Source: Octopus vulgaris (Eukaryota). From it: a DNA stretch of 64,000 bases. Both the position numbers and the translations under genes were made by a program. Of this stretch, positions 31,386 to 50,440 are shown piece by piece. The notes under the pieces were generated by a model that saw only the letters and a program-made list of their open reading frames with translations, had not been told where the DNA came from and did no database searches. The stretch is from positions 1,612,001 through 1,676,000 of the forward strand of contig CATOCA020000001.1 of the NCBI GenBank assembly GCA_951406725.2. Direction: 5' to 3'. The stretch's first letter is position 1; each line of letters begins with the position of its first letter.

Positions 31386-33114
31386 GGTATATAAGTACAT
31401 ATTTATATATTCATACGCATTTATATATATACACACACGCATGCGCACACACACATATAAAGGTGTATTCTTATTCTTTAAATTCCTTTACGTGTTGAAG
31501 TCATTTGCCCACGGTCATGCTGGAGCACCATATCAAAAGCCTTTAAGCCCAATAAATTGACATCAGAGCTTATTCTTTGTAAGCCAAGTACTTATTTTAT
31601 TGGCCGCTTTTGCCGAACCGCAATGTTAAGGAGGGGCCTTAAAAAACTTGCTGTCAAGATATGAATGGGTAACAAACATAGTTGCAAAGGCAGAAACACA
31701 CATACACAAACAAACAAACTCACACACACACACACACAAACACATATATGCTTCAATATATATAGATACATATAGAACGCACTTCTTTCGGTTTCCGTCT
31801 ACCAAATCCACTCGTAAGGCTTTGGTCGGTCTGAGGTTATAGTAGAAGACACTTTCCCAAATTGCCATGCAGTGAAACTGAACCTGGAACTATCTGCTTG
31901 TGAAGCATGTTTCTTACCACACAGCCACGCCGCCTATGCATATGTGTTTATGTAGAAGTCTATATATAGGATGAACAGGACAAAGAAATGTTTGAATAAT
32001 AATTCTGAAGTGCATGTAACAACGTTATGGTTGCTTGGAACCAAAATCTCACCGACAAATGATCGTCAGGAACAACTTAATTGTATTAATTTGCATAGTT
32101 AGAGAAAGATAGAGAGAGAGGGAAAAATAAATCATATATACATGTGTGTGTAGATACAAATGTTAAATCTTAAAAGAAAAGTAACAAAAATTGATTTACC
32201 TTTATAGAGCCGGCCCCAAATATGACTTCGGTTTGAATTTTTGACAGAAATTAAATGTTTTATCCACTTATCGGAATATTCTATTGCCTCATATAAGTTT
32301 TTTGTCTCAACCTTCCAGGTGCTATCCGAAAAGCATACTGAATGAAATACCCTGTTGTAATAATTCTCTAATTATTTTTAAAACGAGAGTGGCAGTATTT
32401 TTTCTTGATGTATGTGATTGGCTGAAATTCTTTAATATCCGGAAAATAAATCCATTTTCCAGCTAGTCACCATTCCTACACGTCGAGTGTTGAAATGGTC
32501 GCTGTGCAACATAAGATGAATTGTTCTGCGCACAAAACATCACTCGTCCCAGGATCTGAAATCACGACCTTAATCACGATTTGATGTCCTCGACTTCTAT
32601 TATATTACCAAAACTTTATTTTTCATATGTCCTGACAACACCCACAGAATATTCTTATCTACTTGTCGCTTTTCTAAAACAAACGCCATTGTTTTTACCG
32701 ATTATTGGGATGGCGATATCTGCTCAAAAATATGACCTCATCGCTCTAGTTACTAAAATGGAAACCCGGCCAATTTTCCTCGTTTCGCAGAATATATTTC
32801 AGTTATTTGTAAAGAATGCTTGTTGTTCAATGATGACAAGACTATGATCAGAGGCGTTTCGGTCATGATCATCCCGTCGATTTACTTACATCGCAATGTG
32901 TGTTGTGTTCTTTCCGTGGTTAAGACGGTAGGGTGTGAGACAATGGAATATCATTGACTCAAATGCTTACGATAGGGCTGATAGCGCAAACGTTCAAGTA
33001 ATGGACAATCATTAGTCCTGAAACCTACACCTGCAATCATTATTGTAATACATCACATGATGTGGATGTTAATTTTCATAGATCTCTCCGAAATATAAGT
33101 CCGACCTTACAATT

Positions 33115-34880
33115 AATTTTTGCTTAGAAACTCTGTCTCCCTTTTCAGCTTCCTTTCAGCAACCATAACCATGTCTCAATATTACTATTTCCTGCAACTA
33201 TCTTTGCCAATCGACATTGCCATACATTCTCTTGTAGTTAGATTATCTTCCTACTTTTTTTATTGTTTTAATTTCATTTGGCTTTTTCCTTTCCTATCTC
33301 CTACTATAACTCAGGCAAATCATAAATTTTATTCATTATTATATATATCAACTCTAGCTAACACTACCCTACTTTCTGCTGATATTAAACCGCTTCCACC
33401 TTCGTTATTCTAAATAAGTACAATCTTGCTCTTCCTAATCGAGGCTGAAGTCCTCTATTCATATTGAATTCCTTCCTAGTTCTTCTGTCTAGATTTGCTA
33501 ATTCAGATCTTTTCCAATCAACAAATTCTGCTGAATACCGAAGTAACGACACTTCCCAAAGTTTTTACAACCTTTACTAGATTTAGAACCCTTCGCTTTC
33601 CCTTCATTAGCTTCTTCAACCTTCCGATGTACTCCTTAGCTATTTTTGTTTTCATTTCCATTGTTAGTACACTCTCAGATTCTAATACTCCGAAGCACTT
33701 ATGATTCTCTGCCTTCATTACTTCTTGCTATCTGGCCTTCACTGCTGACTACCTGTCCCCTTTTTATGATTTATGATGCGCACATATCTATGCCAAATTC
33801 CATGCCTATATCTTTTCTTAAGCGCCTTACAATTCTATTAAGGAACCAAAAGCTTCTAATCGTCCATCTTGAGCAAATGATTAATATTTCTTTAACATCT
33901 CTAAACTGATACCCTGACTTTGCCTTTCTTAGTACTAAATTGACGACAGCTAAGCATAACACAAATATTAATGGAGATAACTCCCTGGAGAATTCCTCAC
34001 CTGATATTAACTTTTCCTAAGACAGTGTCACCTGAGTAGAGATATAATTTCCAATTCTTTGCACTATAGCTGTAACTAATTAAGTCTCTTGTGTTGTCTG
34101 CAACACTGAATATACTCAAATATTCACTTATCCGTGAGTGTTGAATCATGCCATATGATTTTTATACTGTTGAAGTTTGCATTCTTTATTTTAGAACTGC
34201 TTTCTCTGTGTGTAATAGATCGTGCGTTCCTCTAGCCTTCTTTCTGCAAACATTTCAGTTCTTCTGGTAGCAAATTCTGGTTGTCAGTTGATTCTAAATG
34301 TTTTCTGTGTGAATTCATGTTAAAAGTCTCTACATTGGGAATTTGCCTGGTTTTTGTCTATTTTGGATTTTATGTAGTTAGTTATGAATGCCTGATCGTG
34401 TGCGGTTGCTTACAAACACTGTCTCCCTTTTCATTTTCCGTTCTGAAGCCATATTTGTCTGTAAGTGTCCCTTGGCTATTCTTTCTGTACCCTTTCTGTT
34501 CCACTGGTGCTTTGTAATTTATTTCCAGGAAATCATACACCTAATTAGATATTATTCCTGTCATCAGCTTCCACATGAGGGGCAGACAGGTGATAGGCCG
34601 GTGATTATCCACTGCATTGCTTTGTTGGGATTATTTTGGCAAAGAATTGTTTGACTTTTGGTCAGCCTCTTTGGGATTTGTACCCCGTTGTTGATCATTT
34701 TATATATTTGCTTGGCTATTCTTCTGTGTACTGCTGGGGAAATTTTCAGCCAATATCCTTGTACCCCATCCGGTCCTGGGTATTTCCAGTTTGGCGATTT
34801 AATCACTCTGGCCCACATTGGTAGTCAAATATACAATGAGGCGACAGGTGTTTATACATCTGCTTTTACTCGTCCTTAAT
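33115..34880 (-). mobile_element. R4/Dong-like non-LTR retrotransposon reverse-transcriptase pseudogene
   Basis: Frameshifted pieces read NWKYPGPDGVQGYWLKISPAVHRRIA, LSPLIFVLCLAVVNLVLRKAKSGYQF, INHLLKMDD (degenerate YMDD) and HKCFGVLESESVLTMEMKTKIAKEYIGRLKKLMK. Confidence 0.85.
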
Positions 34881-35220
34881 TACTAAACAATACTCTCCTC
34901 TCTCTCTCTTTCTCTCTCTCTCCTCTAATAACTGAATTAAATTTAACTCTCTATAATTATCTACGATGACTATGCGAGAATTTTATGTGGGTGTGTCTGT
35001 GCGTACAAACAGACATTTATCTGTCCATTTCTAAACTCATACGTATGGATGTGTATGTATGGCCGCGTAAGTGTGTGTATCTGACTGTGTGTATATCAAT
35101 AGGAATATGCCACTGCATATGTGTCTGTGTGTGTGTCTGTGTGTGTTTGCATATGTTAGTGCGTGTGTGTATGTGTATGTCTCTCTCTGTATGTATGTGT
35201 GTGTATACATGCATCCCTTT

Positions 35221-40995
<5,775 letters not shown>

Positions 40996-41312
40996 CCCCC
41001 AACATAACTGGACAACAGGATGTTCATTGAAGCGTTAATTGGCTGTGGCTGCAAATGAAATTAAAATGAATTTAAAATGCCTTACCATTCCGCCAATTCG
41101 ACGCCAGCCAACTGACCATTCCAAATACGATAAACAAGTGCATATACACACACATACATGTATACATACATACATACATGCATGCATACACAGGCGTATA
41201 CACACATGTATGCATACACACACACATACATACGTATATATATATGACGAACTAATTCTTATTTTCTCAGAGGCAGCTCAGATTTTTGTCAATGAAAAGC
41301 GACTATATCTCC

Positions 41313-41372
<60 letters not shown>

Positions 41373-41389
41373 TTGATAATGATGAAGAA

Positions 41390-41447
<58 letters not shown>

Positions 41448-41539
41448 TAGAGAGAGAGAGAGATAGAGAGATACGCAAATATATATATATATAAATGTAT
41501 ATATATATATTTGTGTGTGTGTGTATGTGCGCGTATATA

Positions 41540-41571
<32 letters not shown>

Positions 41572-41645
41572 CATATATGGCTGCTATTTTTAGCAAGTTA
41601 AAATTACCTGTTAAAGGGTAATATTCTATTTTGAAATATATAAAC

Positions 41646-43330
<1,685 letters not shown>

Positions 43331-43446
43331 ATATCGGAAATGAATAAGAGAAAATTAACTTGGTGGATTATTACACATACATAGTACAACAGGTCACATA
43401 TCGACAAAAGGAAACTTGAAATTTCGAAGGAAATTATGATGTGCGT

Positions 43447-43486
<40 letters not shown>

Positions 43487-43689
43487 TCAATAGTTTTTCT
43501 TTCCACATTAAATTCCAATATAATCGCATTTTACACACACTGTAACGTATTTGCAGAAAATTACATTAGAAAATAACCCATTTTTGTTAAAGTTCTGAGC
43601 AAACACAGACAATTCGTGTGAATTTTACGAAACTCATCTTTCCGCCCACAGACAAATTTGTTTCGCTACAAATTCCGATATAATCAGAA

Positions 43690-43935
43690 TGATCACCATC
43701 TGAAGCGTATTAACAGAAAATTTAATTAAATATGGCCGTTTGGCGGGGAGTTATGAGGAAACAAATTCGGTGCGTCGCACACATCTGTGAGAATGGCTGC
43801 CTTCCAAGACGGGTCTTCTGCTGGAAATCGCAGTTCCAGTCGGAAAGCTTCTCGGATGTCCTCTCCCGCATCTGTGCGTGTTGGTGGGACATTACCATCA
43901 AATCCAAGCACCATTTGAGTCGTCTCTTTTCCTAA
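43690..43935 (+). mobile_element. RTE-like LINE 3' remnant
   Basis: ORF 43732 (MRKQIRCVAHICENGCLPRRVFCWK) resembles the RTE motif RLRWAGHV.RM...LPK.(V/I)F. Degenerate. Confidence 0.45.
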
Positions 43936-44329
43936 CAAACATCTCTCTCTCTCACTCTCTCTCTTTCTCTAATTCTTTTTTCTTTCTTTCTCTCTGGGGG
44001 TTATGTTGCAGCCCTACCCAACCACCAGAATCATCCTCACCTGACCTAAGACCGACAATGACAGAGAAAGTAGCTGTCCATCTGCAGCTGACATGTACCC
44101 CAAGCCTCGACTCCTTGAAGCATCAACGGCTTAAAATGTGTAAGAAGCCGGTTCCCATTGTTAACAGCGTGTAGGTCAACGGCAGACATATCTGGTCGGT
44201 GGTGGAAGATTGAGACAGATGCACAGGTATCTCGACGAAATTCAGCTGCGGGGAAGTGGCATCTGTCTTTACGATCAACCATGTGTTTCATTTTTCTTGA
44301 ATCTTTTATTTAAATAAGAAATTTCAGTG

Positions 44330-46100
44330 TTTTTTCCCTTTTGTACAGACATATTGCGTTTATTAAGTTGTCCAAAAATGTCTGACAAATAGAATAATTT
44401 GTATAACGAATCTTCATTGTGGAACAAATCTGAATTTAATCCCAGCAGGAATATTATGTCTTCATCTTCTTAAAGTTCTAACAATTGTTTCAAAGCTTCT
44501 CCATTTCAGATTCATCACACTTCTGTTCTTCATAAAACTTTGCTGAAATTGGATGCCATTTTCTCACAGAAGAGGAAACTATTGAGAACAAGAATTTTAA
44601 TAACGTTAATAATTTTAACCGCTTCTTGTAATATTGCAAAAGTATCTGGAAATATTTTCTGAGAAACAAACACCTCTCAGTGAAGATTGCAATAAGTGAC
44701 AGAAATAGGGTTTTTATCTTACAAATTTAACTTGAACCCCAATTTCCCTCCTTATCATAGCTTCTGCACCTTTATTACATACTACATTACATTTATACCA
44801 TCCAAGGCCTAGTTCTATCTCTCTTTTACTTGTTTCAGTCATTTGACTGCGGCTATGCTGGAGCACTGCCTTTAATCGAGGAACTCGATCCCCGGGACTT
44901 ATTCTTTTATAATCCCAGTACTTATTCTATAGGTCTCTTTTGCCGAACCGCTAAGTGACGGGGACATAAACACACCAGCATCGGTTGTCAAGCAATGCTA
45001 GGGGGACAAACACAGACACACAAACATATACACACACACAAACATATATATACATATATACGACCGGCTTCTTTCAGTTTCCGTCTACCAAATCCACTCA
45101 CAAGGCATTGGTCGGCCCGGGGCTATAGCAGAAGACTGAACCCGGAACCATGTGGTTGGTAAGCAAGCTACTTACCACACAGCCACTCCTTCGCCTTTCG
45201 TCTACTTTTAGCTACAAAGTCCCCATCTTATGAACCAATCTTCTTGGACCCTATTCTATATTACTATAGTTTGTAATTTTTGCTGCTTCATCTAATTGAA
45301 TTGCATGTTTAGAGACGTTGTTTAAAAACCTTCGCATAATTTACTCCAATTAATCATTATTCATTTCTGAAATACAAATACCAACATTATCATTTCGCAG
45401 ACGAACTTTGATTCATCTGCATGTTATTTCAATGAATAATTCCTGATGTTTTCATTGCTGCTGCTAATACAAGTTCTTCGCCGATGTTGTTTGGGGTTTC
45501 TTTTATCTCTTGCAATTAAATAAACAGCTTCAAAAGATGCCCTTAAGTATTTCACTCTGTCTATTGAGTGAATAACTTGCTCAAGAGATTGCTTCTGTGT
45601 ACTGATAGCCTTTCAAAACAATTCTATAGTCTTCTTATTATAAAGGAATGTCTTGAATCAAAACGTTTTAAATTTTTGTGGGCTTCATATTTTCAGACAA
45701 CAAACAATTCTTACAAATAAAGCTGACCGGAATTCTTTCAATATTTGTCCAAAGTAAAAGTAAATCCATTATATTTCCTCTTTTGTCGGTCTGAGAGAAT
45801 TACTTATTTCTGAATTCATGACACTCTTTCAAGTTCTTCACTCTCCTCAGTTATATCATTGTCGTTACTTTCTGCAGTTTTATTCTTCGATAGATTTGGC
45901 CATTTTTCTATAGAGAATATATTTTGTCTTTAATTACAATATGCTAATTACTGTCACAGTCTTTGAGCAGAACAAGATGAAGATCTCACTCAATAAAGGA
46001 ACTGATTCTGAGTCATCACATTTGAAAGTTATCCTTTTGGTTTCAGAGAGTCAGTGATAGAGTTCTCTTTTCTCTGTTATTTCAAAACGTCGTTTTTATA
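44330..46100 (-). mobile_element. hAT (Buster/Charlie, ZBED8/SCAND3-like) transposase pseudogene, interrupted by a SINE
   Basis: Minus-strand fragments read SENMKPTK (cf. MKPSKLKRHL), KP.NIGEELVLAAA (cf. KKPHTIGEELILPAA), NDNVGICISEM, AIQLDEA (catalytic D region) and ILQEAVKIINVIKILVLNSFLFCEKM (cf. VVKIVNFIKSRPLNSRLF..LC.EM). Many stops and frameshifts. Confidence 0.8.
44820..45196 (-). mobile_element. SINE family A, well-preserved copy inserted in the hAT remnant
   Basis: Head AGGCGAAGGAGTGGCTGTGTGGTAAGTAGCTTGC...GGTTCCGGGTTCAGTC on the minus strand; tail GAAACAAGTAAAAGAGA. Confidence 0.85.
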
Positions 46101-46755
46101 AATAAGTCTATTGTTACAAATTAAATTTAAATTTGAATATGTTCCTCTTACTTTACATAATCAGTGACTTATTGTTTCGTACAACTTTCAGGAAGAAAGA
46201 TCATGTTTATTATATTTTTATTGTGTTTTTACATCACATATAATCTTTGAATATTAGTTCATTCCAGGTTTTTGGAGGTCAAAATTAGTAAGATATGTCA
46301 GCAATTTATTCAAAATAATTTTATATAAAGTATGATACAATATAATTTGTTTCTAAACCAATAATTTCTAATAGTAATTGCTTTTCAATTTCTGAAATAA
46401 ATTTGAAGTAATTTAAATAGTTTTATGTTAAATTTCAAAATAATCAGGTCTGTTCACTCGTATCACGTAAGAATCCAATAACAATTGGACAATACTTACG
46501 AGTTGCGTTTCACTAAATTTTCAAATTTTAAATTTATGGATTATTTTTTATATGTACAATGGTAAAGTTTGACGTTTTGCTGAAAATCTACAATAACTAT
46601 TGAGTAACAATGATCATAATGGTAGAATATAAAATAAAGAACATGCAACCATTGCCACATTGGGAAAACCTGCCTTAAATCACTACAGAACAAATAGAAA
46701 CATCCATAGACACGTCATATATTACATAGAAATACTATTCCTATATATGAATTAC

Positions 46756-46961
46756 ATTATTGTCAGAAAGAGAATCGATTCACCAAACACGATGTGAATC
46801 AACAACATTGAATTTCTGATGAAATCAATTATAGGTTCTTGTGTAGGAAGCTGATAATTAATTTCAATTTAAATCCCCATACTGGAATGAGTTCTTACCG
46901 CATTGCTTCAATATGAAGAAGAAGCTTAATAGAGGACACTCAACAGAACCATATCACTTAT
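46756..46961 (-). repeat. 206-bp inverted copy of the LTR-like segment at 51362-51567
   Basis: Its reverse complement matches 51362-51567 with 5 mismatches by manual comparison. Confidence 0.92.
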
Positions 46962-46984
46962 TACCGTTAAATATCTGTGTTAAT

Positions 46985-48075
46985 CCAGCAGAGAAAACCG
47001 GCTTTGCTCGGGATTAAAATAGCATAGTTTTTTAATTGTTTTACTTGTTTCGGTATTACGACACGATTTCATTCGGGTCTACACGGGCCACATTTTCAAG
47101 ATGAGGAATTCCCCCTCCAAAAAAAACAACTTTTATTAGAAATTGGTAATGTAAAAAAGAATGCCAAATGTTTAAACAGACTTTGAGAAGTGATTGAAGA
47201 AACCTCGCGGATGCAGATGTGAAGGGCAAAGAATGACGGGAAAATGCTGGAAAAATACAAAACACCAGTCTGGTCTCTGCACAAAACTGAAATAGTATAA
47301 TACGACTGCACTTGCAATGTTTTGGATACAATATGTAGTCACACCCAACCTAATTTTGCGGAATCAGTGTCGGGACGTGAACCCATGGGTCGGGAGTTTG
47401 ACTGGTGGCAGAGGTGGTCAGTTTGCAGATGTGGCCAGCAACATGAAGAAGGTGAATGCAGTTGGGCTAAAAATTTGAGAAAGTTACAATGACTCCAGCG
47501 ACGGGAGAGTCATGGCGGAAGATTCAAAAGTGTTCTTGCAGGGCTTCTTTGTAGATAACGTTCCTGGTGTTGCCCGGATTACCAGAAATGAAGAGATTGT
47601 GTGGACTGCCGACACGGGAGCATCCGACGTATAGGTGACCGTGGATAAATAACTGCTGTGTCAGATTTAGGCCAACTACTTGTAACGACTGTCTCCGTGC
47701 CTTGTAGATGCTCATTGACGGGAAACTGCCGTCGCGTAAATTCAAATGGCACCGCCGAGGGACTAAGGCTCATGGGGCTTAATAACTTTGTTACGCCAGC
47801 AGATGGTCCGCTCAGAATGATTGTCGTCAGAATTAAGGTCCCATGTTTTTGATGATCAGACGCGTACCGTTGCATAGTTCTGGTGGTTCCACGTTTCTTA
47901 GCAGCATAACTGGAACACCAATCTTCAGTCTAAAGTCATGAGGTGGAATTCCGGGAGGTAGTTGGCTGTTGAGGATTTCGACAGGTGTGCAAAATTTCAG
48001 CACAATCTGACTACATTTACAAACCATTTTGCCTGCACAATTGTTATGTGAGACAACGTCCGCCCTTTTCACAAA
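46985..48075 (-). mobile_element. Helitron 3' fragment with PIF1-like helicase C-terminus
   Basis: Minus-strand pieces read [44 protein letters not shown] and MSIYKARRQSLQVVGLNL...HGHLYVGCSRVG...TRNVIYKEAL. A 3' hairpin-like end CCCGAGCAAAGCCGG...CTGCTGG (degenerate CTAG) lies at ~46985-47015. Confidence 0.88.
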
Positions 48076-48084
48076 TATATATTA

Positions 48085-48330
48085 GAATACCAGAGATACC
48101 TAGCCTTGCTCGGGATTAAAATAGTATATTATTATTTTACTTGCTTAAGTATTATAACCCGATTTCATTCGGGTCTACGCGGGCCACTTTTTTAAAAGAT
48201 GAATACTTTTGCCCTAGAGGTCACGCCTTTCAATTGAGCAAACTCAAAGTTGCCATGCAAACTAGCCAGCACTTTTAACAGAGTTGTGCATATTTTCAAC
48301 TCAATCCGACCACATATGCACTCATTATAT

Positions 48331-48395
<65 letters not shown>

Positions 48396-48472
48396 CGCAT
48401 TAAATATATATACTAAATATATATACGCATTATGTATACATATGTAATCACATTTTATATATATATAAACAT

Positions 48473-48539
<67 letters not shown>

Positions 48540-48616
48540 TAGATATAGATATTTACACTTTATATATATATATATATACATACATTATATATATGTACAT
48601 TATATATACACATTAT

Positions 48617-48647
<31 letters not shown>

Positions 48648-49194
48648 CACATATAGAAATTAACACAATAAATATCTGATCAATATATGTTATCATGACT
48701 ATGCAGGGGTGGTGGGCGATAAGAATCCACCGTTGCAAAGGACCTGAGGCGGGAATATTTAAACTTTTCGGCTGTCAACGGTTTCCTTCCTTAGATACAG
48801 ACTGATGTACAGAGAGAGAGAGAGGGGTGATGGGAGGAAGAGTGATACAGAGATGGCGAAGGCGGAGAGGTAAAGAAAGTGGAAGCTGTCGAACGTTGAT
48901 ATAGAAAGAAAGTGGAGGGAAGTTATGAAAGCGAGAGATCGAGGAAGACAAGTTGGTAACCGCAAGTGAGAAACGACAAACACTTGTCAAAGTCTGGGTT
49001 TTGTTGCCCTAGTAACCACAGCTTTTGTGATGGAGATTTCTAACCTAGTCAAGTCGCTTTCTCGCCTCATTGTACATGTCCCTGTAAATTTACGCCGAAT
49101 TCCGAGCACGCCTACTGCCATTGAAACCTGCATAACCACTAAATGAAACACGCAAACATGTAACATTCGCCCATTTTACTTTTATATATAGAGA
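48085..49194 (-). mobile_element. Non-autonomous Helitron-like element
   Basis: The 5' end reads A|TCTCTATATATAAAAG at 49194. The ~110-bp 3' segment (48095-48205; CCCGAGCAAGGCTAGG) repeats the 3' end at 46998-47105. Confidence 0.6.
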
Positions 49195-49206
49195 TAAAAA
49201 AGACAT

Positions 49207-49345
<139 letters not shown>

Positions 49346-49349
49346 TACT

Positions 49350-49589
49350 CTTTTAATCTTTTTACTTGTTTCAGCCATTTGACTGTGGCCATGTTGGAGC
49401 AGAGCCTTTAGACGAGCAAATCGACACCAGGACTTATTTTTTTGTAAGCCTAGTACTTATTCTATCGATCTCTTATGCCGAACCGCTAAGTTTCGGGAGC
49501 GTAAACACACCAGCATCGCTTGTCAAGCAATGTTGGGGCGACAGATACAGACACACAAACATACACACACGCACACATACACACACACA

Positions 49590-49633
<44 letters not shown>

Positions 49634-49795
49634 CGATGGGCTTCTTTCACTTTCCGTTTACCAAATCCACTCACAAGGCTTTGGGTGGCTCGAGGCTATA
49701 GTAAAAGACACTTACCCAAGGTGCGACGCAGTGTGTCTGAACCCGGAACCATGTGGATGCTAAGCAAGCTACTTACCACACAGCCACTCCCTGTA
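49350..49795 (-). mobile_element. SINE family A, near full length, followed on its own strand by (TATC)n/(TC)n/(TA)n
   Basis: Same head, core and tail as 44820-45196. Confidence 0.85.
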
Positions 49796-49972
49796 TATAT
49801 ATATATATATGTATATATATACATATATACCAGACATTCTATTCAAGGCTAAGGATATCTATCAATATACCAGATGTTATTAAAATACTCTGTAAAGCAA
49901 TGGAATTGTTTAGGGAGGTGATTCTATGCACAACAATAACAACAACAACAATTGAACATTTCAAAGTTTATA

Positions 49973-49978
49973 TTTATT
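49973..49978 (-). promoter_or_regulatory. Candidate polyadenylation signal AATAAA of the ankyrin-RING-death gene
   Basis: AATAAA on the minus strand ~260 nt downstream of the inferred stop at 50237. The context is AT-rich, so a chance match is possible. Confidence 0.3.
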
Positions 49979-50236
49979 TCAGAATGTAATTTCTGGTTAC
50001 AAGGGAGCCAAACCAGTAAAGTGGTCTCTATTTGGTTGACAGATCTGCTAGAAATAATAACCAAATTTACCAAAATTCACACTTCATCATCTTAAGGTAG
50101 GACAAGTGGGACAATGCGGTTCTGAGTTTTCTACATTAGCAATAAAGACAGGATGGTCATGGCTGGGAGACATTTGATCATAGATCATTGTTTGGTCATG
50201 GTTGATCTGGTGACTAAACAACATTTACGCAACAAT

Positions 50237-50440
50237 TCACTCTTCAAGTAATGATAGACTTTCGAGTGCAGTTAAGCACTCAGCTTCCACAAGAGCTGCC
50301 CTCAATGTATCCACCGTAACTTCCGCGGATCACAATGTGTTGACCAGTAGAGCAGCATCTGGAAGCTCTGCTCTTGAACATTACCAAAAAGTCATGCCGG
50401 ATAATTCCCAGTTGGATACTTTTAATCCCCAAAAATATGC
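50237..50440 (-). CDS. Terminal exon: remainder of death domain, with two apparent 1-nt deletions
   Basis: Acceptor ctatcttcaacag. Reads GIFLGIKSIQLGIIRHDF [shift at the A5 run 50386-50390] GNVQEQSFQMLLYWSTHCDP [shift ~50325] EVTVDTLRAALVEAECLTALESLSLLEE*, with TGA at 50239-50237. Confidence 0.8.

Larger units (their letters stand above)
22601..35220. repeat. Tandem unit copy 3 (~12.6 kb, most complete)
   Basis: Marker spacing 22721 to 35338. Carries the longest LINE fragment. Confidence 0.85.
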
